Shown: piece after piece, positions 48,289 through 57,767 of the stretch
How positions within the stretch are numbered: position 1 is the first letter of the stretch
Layout: every line of letters begins with the position of its first letter
Source: Thermoplasmata archaeon
Lineage (GTDB): Archaea; Thermoplasmatota; Thermoplasmata; Thermoplasmatales; GCA-001856825
Reading direction: 5' to 3'
Assembly: GCA_049965815.1 (NCBI GenBank)
Contig: JBMFVV010000004.1
Location: 1,858-65,857, forward strand
DNA: 64,000 nucleotides
Translations under genes and position numbers: made by a program
Notes under the pieces: model-generated
What the model saw: the letters and a program-made list of their open reading frames with translations, nothing else
The model's database searches: none
Told to the model about the DNA's origin: nothing

Positions 48289-48935
48289 AGGAACTAAAAT
48301 TTCTTAAGGAGAACATCAGAAGGCAATTGATAAAAGAGTATCTTGTACACGAGATAGGTGATGCGGGATTCGGTGGAGTGGACATTCAGAGGACACCCCA
48401 GAATACCATAGTCATGCTCAGAGTAGAACGCCCTGGACTGGTAATAGGGAGAAGAGGTTCAAAGATCAAGAACATGGAACTTACGCTAGAAAAGAGGTTC
48501 AATCTTACAAGTCCGCTTATAAGGGTAGAAGGAACAGAGGAACCCGGTCTTAATGCCCAGATAATGGCGCAGAAGCTTGCACGATCAATAGAGAAGGGAT
48601 GGCATTTCAGGAGGGCTGGTCATAGCACTCTCAAGAGAATAATGGACTCAGGAGCCAGGGGAGGACAGATCAGGATGGGAGGCAAGCTGACGGGTGAGAG
48701 GGCAAGAAGTGTCAAATACACCTCGGGGAAGGTGATCTCTTCCGGGTATCCATCGGAGTCAATAGAAAAGGGGTTTGCAGTTGCAATGACAAAACCAGGT
48801 ATCATTGGTATATCAGTTAAGATCCTTAGAAAGAATGTCAAGCTGCCGGATGATATCCAGATAAGGAAAGTGGATTTCGGGGAGGTGAAGAGCGATGGAG
48901 GAAATGAGGGCAAAATCGATACGCAAAATGAATAA
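48285..48935 (+). CDS. rps3: 30S ribosomal protein S3
   Basis: KH-domain block GLVIGRRGSKIKNM and cluster position. Confidence 0.93.
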   Translation: MKELKFLKENIRRQLIKEYLVHEIGDAGFGGVDIQRTPQNTIVMLRVERPGLVIGRRGSKIKNMELTLEKRFNLTSPLIRVEGTEEPGLNAQIMAQKLARSIEKGWHFRRAGHSTLKRIMDSGARGGQIRMGGKLTGERARSVKYTSGKVISSGYPSESIEKGFAVAMTKPGIIGISVKILRKNVKLPDDIQIRKVDFGEVKSDGGNEGKIDTQNE

Positions 48936-49095
48936 GGAAGAGATAGAGAAGAAATACGCTGACCTCCGAGAAGAGCTGATGAGGGAGAGAGGTATTTCCG
49001 CGATGGGAGGAGCACCTCCTAGCCCGGGAAAGATTGAATCCCTAAGGAGACAAATAGCAAGGATGGAAACTGTACTGAGGGAGTCAGAGAAATGA
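48895..49095 (+). CDS. rpl29: 50S ribosomal protein L29
   Basis: IRKMNKEEIEKKYADLREELMRER block and cluster position. Confidence 0.88.
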   Translation: MEEMRAKSIRKMNKEEIEKKYADLREELMRERGISAMGGAPPSPGKIESLRRQIARMETVLRESEK

Positions 49096-49382
49096 AGGAC
49101 GACAAGATTTTCAGAGACTTAACGCCGCTAGATGAGATAGCGAGAGAATCGCAGGTAATCACGATAGAGACCGACAAGAGAAGGTACGGAAAATGGGTCA
49201 CAATAGTTTCAGGATTCGATCCACACTCTGAAGACATAAAGGAGCTGGCAAAAACTCTCAAGAAGAAAACAGCAACTGGCGGAACTGTAAAGGGAGAGAA
49301 GATTGAATTGCAGGGGGACCAGAGGGACAGGGTAAAAAGGGTCCTAGAGGACATGGGATTCAAGGTGGAGATTTCAGAATGA
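49092..49382 (+). CDS. Translation factor SUI1/eIF1 homologue
   Basis: GKWVTIVSGF...TATGGTVKGEKIELQGDQRDRVKRVLEDMGF matches the SUI1 fold signature. Conserved archaeal position after L29. Confidence 0.88.
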   Translation: MKDDKIFRDLTPLDEIARESQVITIETDKRRYGKWVTIVSGFDPHSEDIKELAKTLKKKTATGGTVKGEKIELQGDQRDRVKRVLEDMGFKVEISE

Positions 49383-49636
49383 ACCCTTACCTTACTGATG
49401 TAATTGGAACTAATGTTAAGATGATCAAACATTCCGATCCCACGATAGCTGGATTGGAGGGCAGGGTAGTAGACGAGAGAAAGAATATCCTGATCCTAGA
49501 GACGACCAAGGGGGAGAGGAACGTCCCCAAGACAAAAGGAATAATGTTAATTGAAGGCAAAGAGGTCAACCTTGAGAAAATGAGGTTCAGGCCCGAGGAC
49601 AAAATGAAGAAAATAAGGAGGAAAGGAAGGCAATGA
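49379..49636 (+). CDS. rnp1: RNase P protein component 1 (Rpp29/Pop4 homologue)
   Basis: Conserved position between SUI1 and S17. GLEGRVVDERKNILILET block (Sm-like barrel). Confidence 0.8.
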   Translation: MNPYLTDVIGTNVKMIKHSDPTIAGLEGRVVDERKNILILETTKGERNVPKTKGIMLIEGKEVNLEKMRFRPEDKMKKIRRKGRQ

Positions 49637-49959
49637 GAAACATAGGCATAGAAGTCAAAGAGCCCAAGGAAGAGTGCACCGATTCGAAGTGCCCGTTTCA
49701 TGGAGAACTTGGAGTGAAATCACCAGTGATAGAGGGTAAGATCACTTCAATTTCGATGAAGGGCACGGTAACGGTCATCAGGGAGTACTTCAAGAAGAAC
49801 GAGAAGTACGAGAGATATGAGAAAAGGAGAAAGAAGTATCACGCACACCTTCCCGGGTGTATCCACGTGAAGCTTGGCGACACCGTAAAGATTGCTTATG
49901 CCAGGCCTCTGGCAAAGTCGGTATCGTTCGTTGTCATCGAGAGGGAGGGAGAGGAATGA
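49633..49959 (+). CDS. rps17: 30S ribosomal protein S17
   Basis: CTDSKCPFHGEL N-terminus, YHAHLPGCIHVKLGDTVKI block, and cluster position. Confidence 0.92.
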   Translation: MRNIGIEVKEPKEECTDSKCPFHGELGVKSPVIEGKITSISMKGTVTVIREYFKKNEKYERYEKRRKKYHAHLPGCIHVKLGDTVKIAYARPLAKSVSFVVIEREGEE

Positions 49960-50354
49960 AAGGACTGGCGGGAACACAGATAAGAGGGCTTCCATTAGGG
50001 GCGAGGCTTGAATGCGCAGACAACTCAGGAGCAAAGATAATCTCGCTCATAAATGTGAAGGCATACCACAACACCAAGAGTAGGATTCCGGCTGCATCCG
50101 TAGGTGACATGATAATTGCATCGGTGAAAAAAGGATCACCCGAGATGAGGAGGAAAGTCGTTTACGCAGTGGTGATAAGACAGAGAAAGACGTTCCGGAG
50201 ACAGGACGGGCTGATGGTCGAATTTGAGGACAATGCAGCAGTCCTTGTACAGGACAACGGAGAGACCAGAGGAACAGAAATCAAGGGACCAGTGGCAAAG
50301 GAGGCTGCCGAAAGATGGCCAAGGGTTGCAGCTCTAGCCAGCTCTATTGTGTGA
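49956..50354 (+). CDS. rpl14: 50S ribosomal protein L14 (start moved to ATG 49956, overlapping the S17 stop)
   Basis: LECADNSGAK block. The upstream part of the track ORF overlaps S17 in another frame. Confidence 0.93.
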   Translation: MKGLAGTQIRGLPLGARLECADNSGAKIISLINVKAYHNTKSRIPAASVGDMIIASVKKGSPEMRRKVVYAVVIRQRKTFRRQDGLMVEFEDNAAVLVQDNGETRGTEIKGPVAKEAAERWPRVAALASSIV

Positions 50355-50363
50355 GGTGAGAAG

Positions 50364-50825
50364 ATGAAAAACATGAATGTTCATCTATCAAAGGACCTGA
50401 TTTCGAAGTATGGTATCAGGAATTTCCCTGTAAGAAAGGGGGATATGGTCCGAATCGTTAGGGGAGACGCGGAGAAGGACGAGAAACTGAATATTGTAGG
50501 AAAGGAAGGAAAGGTAATCAAGATAATGACCGGCGAGGGTAAGGTAGTTGTCGAGAACATAAATATTGCAAAGGCAGATGGGAAGATGAAACCAAGGAAG
50601 CTCGATCCATCTGCGCTTGTTCTAACAAAGATAGTGCTTGAGGACAAGAAGAGGAAGGAAAGATTGACTAAACTAGCATCCTTCAGAAATAAGGTCGTGG
50701 AAGAAGAACCTGAGCCTGAGCCAGCAGTAAAGGAAGTTGAAGAGGAAAAGAAAGAGGTAACGGGGCCGGAGGTCCCGGAAGATGATGTTGAGACTGAGGA
50801 AGAGGAGGAAGAGAAAGATGAGTAA
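50364..50825 (+). CDS. rpl24: 50S ribosomal protein L24 with an acidic C-terminal extension
   Basis: KOW motif VRKGDMVRIVRGD. The last roughly 41 residues are E/D/P-rich. Confidence 0.9.
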   Translation: MKNMNVHLSKDLISKYGIRNFPVRKGDMVRIVRGDAEKDEKLNIVGKEGKVIKIMTGEGKVVVENINIAKADGKMKPRKLDPSALVLTKIVLEDKKRKERLTKLASFRNKVVEEEPEPEPAVKEVEEEKKEVTGPEVPEDDVETEEEEEEKDE

Positions 50826-51522
50826 GCACGTTAAGAGGCTAGCATCTCCAGTGACGTGGAAGCAGCCTAGAAAGAAATTTGCATGGTCTGTTAGATCTAG
50901 GGCAGGACCACATCCGTTGAAGGCAAGTGTGCCACTTATGGTAGTAATAAGGGATGTCCTAAAGTTTGCAGATACTGCTAAAGAAGCCAGGAACATAATC
51001 TCCAGAGGTAAAGTGGAAGTCGACGGAAAGATCGTGAAGGATTATCAGAGACCCATAGGGTTCATGGATGTACTCTCCATAAAGGATTCAGGGGTTGCAA
51101 AGAGGGTGCTCGTGGACAAGAGAGGTATGTTCGTCTTTGCAGATCTCAATCCACAGGACGCAAACTGGAAACTTGTAAAGGTTACTGGAAAGTCTATATC
51201 TAAGGGAGGTAAAATCCAGATAACCACTCACGACGGAAGGGTCATTCTTTCAGATGATAAAGATGTGAAGAGGGGAGATACGCTTAAAATCAGCATTCCG
51301 GAACAGAAGGTCCTTGAGGTTTTCCCCATGACAAAGGAAACGTCCGTCTATGTTACAGGCGGAGCTCATAAGGGCACGATAACGACGATAAAGGAGATCA
51401 ACGTCTCCAGGAGTTACCAGGAGAACACGGTTGAGAGCAATGACAACTTTACCACTACGATGTCAAACGTATTTGTGCTTGGGAAATCAAAGGGCGAAAT
51501 AGCCATACCTGGAGGTGCTTAA
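50818..51522 (+). CDS. rps4e: 30S ribosomal protein S4e (start moved to ATG 50818)
   Basis: MSKHVKRLASP N-terminus and cluster position. Confidence 0.92.
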   Translation: MSKHVKRLASPVTWKQPRKKFAWSVRSRAGPHPLKASVPLMVVIRDVLKFADTAKEARNIISRGKVEVDGKIVKDYQRPIGFMDVLSIKDSGVAKRVLVDKRGMFVFADLNPQDANWKLVKVTGKSISKGGKIQITTHDGRVILSDDKDVKRGDTLKISIPEQKVLEVFPMTKETSVYVTGGAHKGTITTIKEINVSRSYQENTVESNDNFTTTMSNVFVLGKSKGEIAIPGGA

Positions 51523-52042
51523 AATGGTTGATATGAGAGACGTTGTCATAGATAAGGTGACTATCAACATAGGAGTGGGCGAATCAGGTGAGAAACTTGA
51601 GAAGGCAAAGAGTGTCATTAAGCTACTAACAAGCGGAAACCCGACACTAACGAAAGCGAGGAGAACCAGCAGAGAATTTGGAATAAGGCAGGACCAGCCG
51701 ATAGGTGTGAAAGTAACGCTCAAGGGAGAAGAGATGGACAGGTTCCTCAGAGCAGCTCTCTGGGTAAAGAACAACAAATGCCTGAGCTATTCCTTTTCTG
51801 AACAAGGTAGCTACAGTTTCGGCATATCAGATTACACAGATTTCAAGGGAATGAAGTATAATCCAGAAATAGGAATATTTGGAATGGACGTTGTCGTCAC
51901 CTTCAAGAGAAGGGGAGGATACAGGGTTGCCAGGAGATGGTTATCTCCGAGGAAGGTACCGAAGAAAATCAGGGTCAAAAGGGAAGAAATGATGAAATTC
52001 ATGAAAGAGAACTACAATGTTGAAATACTGGAGGTGGGGTGA
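51515..52042 (+). CDS. rpl5: 50S ribosomal protein L5
   Basis: INIGVGESGEKL and GIFGMDV blocks, plus cluster position. Confidence 0.93.
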   Translation: MLKMVDMRDVVIDKVTINIGVGESGEKLEKAKSVIKLLTSGNPTLTKARRTSREFGIRQDQPIGVKVTLKGEEMDRFLRAALWVKNNKCLSYSFSEQGSYSFGISDYTDFKGMKYNPEIGIFGMDVVVTFKRRGGYRVARRWLSPRKVPKKIRVKREEMMKFMKENYNVEILEVG

Positions 52043-52204
52043 TTGGCACAGACAAAACTTGCGCCCAAAAAGAAGTACGGAAGGAAGGATGGTTGCGAAA
52101 GATGCGGAAGAAAGAGAGGACTCGTGAGGAGGTACAATTTACATCTTTGCAGACAGTGCTTCAGGGAAATCGCACCCGAACTTGGGTTTGAAAAATATTC
52201 GTGA
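52043..52204 (+). CDS. rps14: 30S ribosomal protein S14 (zinc-ribbon type, 53 aa; not in the ORF track)
   Basis: My manual translation from TTG 52043 gives (M)[52 protein letters not shown]. CxxC...CxxC motif. It fills the L5-S8 gap exactly. The start codon (TTG directly after the L5 stop) is tentative. Confidence 0.85.
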   Translation: MAQTKLAPKKKYGRKDGCERCGRKRGLVRRYNLHLCRQCFREIAPELGFEKYS

Positions 52205-52213
52205 GGTGATTAA

Positions 52214-52597
52214 ATGGGAGATACATTAAACGATGCACTGACTTCAATAAAGAACGCCTCAAAACTAGGAAGGCTGGAACTGGATGTACGTGCTTCCAAC
52301 CTAGTAGGAAGGGTCCTGAGGGTTTTCCAGAAGTACGGTTATATTGAAGAGTACGAGTACGTTGAAAATGGTAAGGGTGGCCTCTTCAAAGTCAAGGTTG
52401 CAAAGACTGTAAACAACTGCGGAGCGATAAAGCCAAGATTCTCGATAAAGAGAGAAGACCTGGAAAGATGGGAGTCAAGATACCTGCCGGCGCAGGATAT
52501 AGGCATTCTCGTGATATCTACTACCTCAGGCGTTATAAGCAATGCCGAGGCCAAGAAGAAAGGTACAGGAGGAAGGGCACTTGCCTTCATTTACTGA
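52214..52597 (+). CDS. rps8: 30S ribosomal protein S8
   Basis: DTLNDALTSIKNA N-terminus and cluster position. Confidence 0.93.
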   Translation: MGDTLNDALTSIKNASKLGRLELDVRASNLVGRVLRVFQKYGYIEEYEYVENGKGGLFKVKVAKTVNNCGAIKPRFSIKREDLERWESRYLPAQDIGILVISTTSGVISNAEAKKKGTGGRALAFIY

Positions 52598-52607
52598 GGT
52601 GATATGA

Positions 52608-53141
52608 ATGGAAAAAGTTATAGAAATTCCAAAGGGAGTAAAGGTGAAATTGGAAGGTTTCTCGTTCGAGGCTCAGGGTCCTAAAGGAAAGGTCAGCAAA
52701 ATATTCAAGAATGAATATGTGGCTATGGAGCTGAAGGACAAGAATATCAGGATATTCACAAAGAGAGAGAAGAAGACAGACTTAGCCGTAGTTGGAACGT
52801 GGGGGAGCATAGTTAACAGCGCGTTCATAGGTGTCACAAAGGGCTACATTTATACGATGAAAATTGTGTACGCCCACTTCCCTGTCAAGGTGACGGTGAA
52901 GGGGAACCAGGTCTTGCTTGATAACTTCCTCGGAGAAAAGAGTCCTAGGAAGATCACGTTAGGCCCCGATACAAAGGTGACGGTGAAGGGGGATCTGGTG
53001 ACGGTAGAGGGAAGTGATCTGGAGGTAACAGGAAACGCAGCCGCCAGTATAGAGAGAATGAGCAAGATAAAGGGGTTCGATCCAAGGGTCTTCCAGGATG
53101 GGATATATATCGTCAGGAAGGGTGATGTAGTTGAAGGCTGA
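52608..53141 (+). CDS. rpl6: 50S ribosomal protein L6
   Basis: Duplicated beta-domain pattern (VTVKGNQV / VTVKGDLV) and cluster position. Confidence 0.92.
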   Translation: MEKVIEIPKGVKVKLEGFSFEAQGPKGKVSKIFKNEYVAMELKDKNIRIFTKREKKTDLAVVGTWGSIVNSAFIGVTKGYIYTMKIVYAHFPVKVTVKGNQVLLDNFLGEKSPRKITLGPDTKVTVKGDLVTVEGSDLEVTGNAAASIERMSKIKGFDPRVFQDGIYIVRKGDVVEG

Positions 53142-53526
53142 ACTCGACAATGACGGAAAAAGGCTGCTAAGCATCCGGAACAGGATGAACAGGAAGAGGC
53201 CAGCGTTTCACAGACAGGAATGGTTCAGATATGTAAGGCTTGGATCTTCCTGGAGAAAGCCAAGAGGGAAGCATTCAAAGCTCAGGGAAAAGAAGGGTTA
53301 CAGGCATGCATTCGTTGAATCTGGTTATAGAGGACCTGCCAGAGCAAGATATCTTCATCCAACAGGGTTCAGGGAAATTTACGTTTCCAGTATTATGGAC
53401 CTTGATAGTATCAATCCAAAGACGGACGCTGCAAGAATCAGTTCTACAGTAGGCAGAAGGAAGAGAATGATAATTCAAGAAAGGGCGAAGGCACTTGGGG
53501 TTAAAATCCTAAATGAGGTGAAATGA
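53131..53526 (+). CDS. rpl32e: 50S ribosomal protein L32e
   Basis: RPAFHRQEWFRYVRLGSSWRKPRG block and cluster position. Confidence 0.9.
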   Translation: MKAELDNDGKRLLSIRNRMNRKRPAFHRQEWFRYVRLGSSWRKPRGKHSKLREKKGYRHAFVESGYRGPARARYLHPTGFREIYVSSIMDLDSINPKTDAARISSTVGRRKRMIIQERAKALGVKILNEVK

Positions 53527-53981
53527 TGCCAACTCTAAGTCCACAGAAGAGGATGGCAGCTTCCATTCTTAAATCTGGGATGTCCAGAGTATGGATGGAC
53601 ACAAAGAGCGTTGAAGACATAGCGGAAGCTGTGACGAGAGATGACGTCAGGAAGCTCATAAAGAGGAATGTTATACAGAAGAAGCCGGCGAAGGGCAATT
53701 CTAGGGCAAGATTCAAGGTGGCTAAGGCCCAGAGAAACAAGGGAAGGAGAAAGGGCCAGGGATCAAGGAAAGGTACTAAGAATGCCAGAGACCCAAGGAA
53801 GAGGAAGTGGGTAAGAAGCATAAGGTCCATGAGAAACGCATTGAAGGAGATGCGTGACTCGGGTAAGATTACGCGCAAGGATTACAGGGTCTTCTACAAG
53901 AAGATAAAAGGCGGAGCACTGAGAAGTAGGAATGCACTGCTGCTCCACATGCGCGAAGAAGGGGTCCTGAAGGGTGAGTGA
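53523..53981 (+). CDS. rpl19e: 50S ribosomal protein L19e
   Basis: QKRMAASILKSGMSRVWMD N-terminus and cluster position. Confidence 0.92.
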   Translation: MMPTLSPQKRMAASILKSGMSRVWMDTKSVEDIAEAVTRDDVRKLIKRNVIQKKPAKGNSRARFKVAKAQRNKGRRKGQGSRKGTKNARDPRKRKWVRSIRSMRNALKEMRDSGKITRKDYRVFYKKIKGGALRSRNALLLHMREEGVLKGE

Positions 53982-54480
53982 TGTGAAGTCAAGATACATA
54001 ATGCCATTGAAAAGAAGAAGACTCAAGAAGACTGACTATAATAAAAGACTGGCACTCATCAAAGGGGGAATGCCAAGGGCTGTCATCAGGAAATCACTGA
54101 TGAACATGAAGGTTGACATAGCTGAGTATGCGGTAAATGGTGACAGGATAGTTGCACACGGCTCTACTATTGAGCTGAAGAAGTTCGGGTGGAAGAGTCC
54201 AACAGGAAACACACCCGCAGCGTATCTAGCTGGATATATTGCAGGTTTAAGGGCCAAGAAAAAGGGGATAAAGATAGTGGTCGTCGATGTTGGACGACAG
54301 AAGGTTGTCAAGGGTGGAAAGTTAATGGCTAGCGTTCATGGGCTGGTTGACTCTGGTCTTAAGGTACCGGTCGACAAGAAATTCCTGCCCAAAAAGGATA
54401 GGCTGTACGGAAAACACCTTAAAACAATCAAGGAAAATTCTATTGATGAAGTGAAGAAAGCAATGGAGGAATCACTGTGA
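53974..54480 (+). CDS. rpl18: 50S ribosomal protein L18
   Basis: [17 protein letters not shown] block and cluster position. Confidence 0.9.
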   Translation: MSDVKSRYIMPLKRRRLKKTDYNKRLALIKGGMPRAVIRKSLMNMKVDIAEYAVNGDRIVAHGSTIELKKFGWKSPTGNTPAAYLAGYIAGLRAKKKGIKIVVVDVGRQKVVKGGKLMASVHGLVDSGLKVPVDKKFLPKKDRLYGKHLKTIKENSIDEVKKAMEESL

Positions 54481-55163
54481 CAAAAGAAGAGATAGAGTGG
54501 ATACCAAGGACCAGACTTGGAAAAATGGTAAAGGAAGGGAAGATAAAATCGATATCAGAGGTAATAGGAACTCACATACCCATAAGGGAAGCTGGTATTG
54601 TTGACACCCTTGTACCAAACCTTGAAGATGAGGTAATAGAGATAAAGATGGTCCAGAAGATGTCAGATTCTGGCAGGAAGGTAAAGTTTGCTGCGACCGT
54701 TGTGATCGGGAACAAGGACGGTTACGTAGGAATGGGCCACGGGAAGGCAAAAGAGACTGGAGATGCCATACAGAAGGCAATAGAGAATGCAAAGATAAAT
54801 CTGACAGAGATAAAGAGGGGGTGTGGTTCTTGGGAATGTGGCTGTGGCAGGAGTCATACGCTCCCGTTCGAAGTTATGGGAAAATCCGGTTCAGTCAGAG
54901 TGTACCTGAAGCCTGCTCCTCAAGGAGTAGGACTCGCAATTGGAGACATCCCAAAGAAGGTACTTTCTATAGCAGGCATATCAGATACTTGGGGTTTCTC
55001 GGAAGGGCACACCAAGAGCACGGTGAATTTCGCCTATGCAACCTTCAATGCACTGAAGGAAACGTCCAAGTTCAAGATAAATGAGAAGCTTAACCTAACT
55101 ACCCCAATATATAAGGGAGGTGTAATGAATGTTAGCAGTGATAAAAGTCAGGGGAAGCAATAA
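54477..55163 (+). CDS. rps5: 30S ribosomal protein S5
   Basis: [19 protein letters not shown] and [16 protein letters not shown] blocks. Confidence 0.93.
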   Translation: MTKEEIEWIPRTRLGKMVKEGKIKSISEVIGTHIPIREAGIVDTLVPNLEDEVIEIKMVQKMSDSGRKVKFAATVVIGNKDGYVGMGHGKAKETGDAIQKAIENAKINLTEIKRGCGSWECGCGRSHTLPFEVMGKSGSVRVYLKPAPQGVGLAIGDIPKKVLSIAGISDTWGFSEGHTKSTVNFAYATFNALKETSKFKINEKLNLTTPIYKGGVMNVSSDKSQGKQ

Positions 55164-55611
55164 GACGGATGTGGACATAAGGAGAGCTTTCCAGGAGCTC
55201 AGGCTGCTCAAGAATAATCATCTAGTACTCGTGGATGAGTCTCAGATAGGGCAGATAAGGAAGGCCAAAGATTACGTTACCTGGGGCGAAATCGATGAAG
55301 AACATATCCTGAAACTTCTACAAGAAAGAGGAAGGATTACCGGGAATAAACCCCTTGACGATACTGTTTTAAACGAACTTGGTTTGGGGAGCCTAAAGGA
55401 AGTGGCGTCTAAGCTTATGGAAGGGAGTCTCAAGATCAAGGATATAGAGAATATGAAACCTGTGTTTAGGATGAATCCGCCCAAGAAGGGGTATCATTCC
55501 ACGAAGAGGACGGTCAAGACAAAGGGTGCCCTAGGATACAGGGGGAAAGACATAAACAAACTAATAGACGCTATGCTGGAAGGTGGTAAGAGTGGTCAAG
55601 GAGAAAACTAA
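55129..55611 (+). CDS. rpl30: 50S ribosomal protein L30
   Basis: [10 protein letters not shown]...[10 protein letters not shown]-terminus and cluster position. Confidence 0.9.
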   Translation: MLAVIKVRGSNKTDVDIRRAFQELRLLKNNHLVLVDESQIGQIRKAKDYVTWGEIDEEHILKLLQERGRITGNKPLDDTVLNELGLGSLKEVASKLMEGSLKIKDIENMKPVFRMNPPKKGYHSTKRTVKTKGALGYRGKDINKLIDAMLEGGKSGQGEN

Positions 55612-56032
55612 GAAATACAGAGGATCCTCATACGGCAGAGGTCACAAGGCCGGAAGGGGCAAGGGAAAGAGAGGAGGAAGCGGAATGGCCGGCCTGGGAA
55701 AGCACAGATGGATCTGGATGGTTAAATACATGCCAGACCACTACGGTGTCCATGGATTCACTAGACACGCCCAGAAATCAAATATCAAGGCCATAAATAT
55801 AGGTGATCTTGACAGGACATCTGAAAGACTGTTGGAGACCGGAATGGCTCAGATCGAAGATGATAAGATTAAGATCGATTTAGAAAAAATGGGATATGCT
55901 GTTCTCCTTGGAGGGGGACAGATAGGAAGACCATTTAGCATAAAGGTAGGAAGGGCAACGGAGAGAGCTATTGAGAAGGTAAAAAGCGCAGGGGGAGAGG
56001 TAGAAACTAATGGCGGAGATAAAGAGGAATAG
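55583..56032 (+). CDS. rpl15: 50S ribosomal protein L15
   Basis: G/R/K-rich N-terminus RGSSYGRGHKAGRGKGKRGGSG and cluster position. Confidence 0.9.
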   Translation: MVRVVKEKTKKYRGSSYGRGHKAGRGKGKRGGSGMAGLGKHRWIWMVKYMPDHYGVHGFTRHAQKSNIKAINIGDLDRTSERLLETGMAQIEDDKIKIDLEKMGYAVLLGGGQIGRPFSIKVGRATERAIEKVKSAGGEVETNGGDKEE

Positions 56033-57767
56033 ACTCGTTTCCATACCTCTGATTCTCGTATTTGCCCTTAACGTATACATAGACTACAGGTACGCTAAAG
56101 GCAATATTTCTTATACCGTATTGCTCTCGCTTTTCTTCTCACCTCTGTACTACCTAACATATCTTCTGCTGTCTTACCGCGGAGAGGGTTCAAAGCTGTA
56201 CGGATGGAAGGGCCTCGTCGAGAGACTTCCAGCTGTAAAGAGACCTGGAAGACACGTCAGATTTAAAGAAAAGTTCCTCTGGACAGCACTTGTGCTCATA
56301 ATTTACTTCGTGCTGTCAAACATATTCATATACGGACTCGACAGGGCGCAGATAATAGATGTCTTTGCATCCTTCAGGTCGATCTTTGCTGGACAGGCAG
56401 GGTCTATAATGGACCTGGGAATTGGCCCGATAGTTACTGCGAGTATCATAATGCAGCTATTCGTAGGTGCGAAGATAATAAACATAGACCTAACCAAAAG
56501 CGAAGACAAGGCTCTATACCAGGGAGCCCAGAAATTACTCGTTGTAGTAATGATATTCGTGGAAGCGGTTCCTCAAGTGTTCGGTTACCTTCCCCCAGAC
56601 CCGGCATTTATATCTGCCCTAAATGGTGCAGCGCCTGGCTATGGGCTACTTTTAGCTAGACTTTTTATAATATTACAAATATTCTTCGGTTCTTATCTCT
56701 TGTTCTTCATGGACGAACTGATCTCCAAATGGGGTATTGGTTCGGGAGTATCTTTGTTTATCGCAGCTGGTGTTTCCCAAGCCCTTGTACTTGGTACTCT
56801 GAATTGGGTACCGATTACATCTGGTCAGGCACTTTCAGTCCTCAATCCACCAACAGGTGCACTTCCAAAAACGTTCTATCTTTTCAGTCACTTCAGTTCA
56901 ACACAGTTATTTTCCGGCGGCCTTGAGCGTATAATATTCTCTCCTCCAAATCCACTGATTGCCCTCTTAGGTACGATATTCATATTCTTCCTGGTGGTAT
57001 GGGCACAGAATGTCAAGGTGGAGCTCCCATTAGCACATGAAAGGGCAAGGGGTGCAAGAGGCAGGTATCCAATTCAGCTGATGTATGCATCAAATATACC
57101 TGTAATACTTGCGTCTGCTGTTCTTGCTAATCTATCCATGTGGAGTCTGATTTTCTGGACAAATCCTACTCTTGCTCATGTGCCCATCCTAGGCCACGAT
57201 TTCCTTTTCGGGGCCTATCCTACGTCCGCGCTTGCAACACAGCTTAACATACAGACCACATCCCCTATAGGAGGACTTGCGTGGTATCTTCAAAACCCTA
57301 ATGGTATAGCGAACTGGCTATTCCCTATGCTTCAGCCATCAGTATACCAAGCACAACTCCTTGGTCATCCTCCGTGGGAAATGGGTCTCCACGTTCTAGC
57401 TTATGTCACTTTCATGGTGGGCGCATCAATACTGTTCGCTAAGTTCTGGATTGAGACAACCAACATGAATTCCGAGGGGGTTGCTAAACAGATTCAGAGC
57501 TCTGGTATGCAGATTCCTGGTTTCAGGAGGGATCCAAGGGTCCTCAAAAGGGTATTGGACAAGTATATCCCAGCCATCACCATCTTCAGTGGTGCCGCTG
57601 TGGGTTTTCTAGCTGCAGGCGCAGACATGATAGGGACGGTGGGAAACGCTTCTGGAACAGGGGTCCTGCTAACTGTAGGTATAGTCATACAGTTGTACCA
57701 AGCCATGGGTAAGGAACAGTTGACTGAAATGTATCCATTCATGAGAGACTTCTTCGGGGGGCTATAG
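56010..57767 (+). CDS. secY: Protein translocase subunit SecY, long form (585 aa) with an N-terminal extension of about 65 residues
   Basis: GIGPIVTASIIMQL, YGIGSGVSLFIAAGV and GTGVLLTVGIV blocks. Homology to the usual SecY N-terminus starts near LVERLPAVKRP. No ATG or GTG lies between 56010 and that point; there is one in-frame TTG. Confidence 0.9.
   Translation: MAEIKRNRLVSIPLILVFALNVYIDYRYAKGNISYTVLLSLFFSPLYYLTYLLLSYRGEGSKLYGWKGLVERLPAVKRPGRHVRFKEKFLWTALVLIIYFVLSNIFIYGLDRAQIIDVFASFRSIFAGQAGSIMDLGIGPIVTASIIMQLFVGAKIINIDLTKSEDKALYQGAQKLLVVVMIFVEAVPQVFGYLPPDPAFISALNGAAPGYGLLLARLFIILQIFFGSYLLFFMDELISKWGIGSGVSLFIAAGVSQALVLGTLNWVPITSGQALSVLNPPTGALPKTFYLFSHFSSTQLFSGGLERIIFSPPNPLIALLGTIFIFFLVVWAQNVKVELPLAHERARGARGRYPIQLMYASNIPVILASAVLANLSMWSLIFWTNPTLAHVPILGHDFLFGAYPTSALATQLNIQTTSPIGGLAWYLQNPNGIANWLFPMLQPSVYQAQLLGHPPWEMGLHVLAYVTFMVGASILFAKFWIETTNMNSEGVAKQIQSSGMQIPGFRRDPRVLKRVLDKYIPAITIFSGAAVGFLAAGADMIGTVGNASGTGVLLTVGIVIQLYQAMGKEQLTEMYPFMRDFFGGL

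Noticed and set aside
44646-50817. Upstream-extended starts given by the ORF track for L3 (44646), L4 (45622), L23 (46392), L14 (49857) and S4e (50782).
   Set aside because: The extensions overlap the preceding ribosomal protein gene in another frame. ATG codons at or overlapping the upstream stop codons give N-termini matching the conserved family starts.
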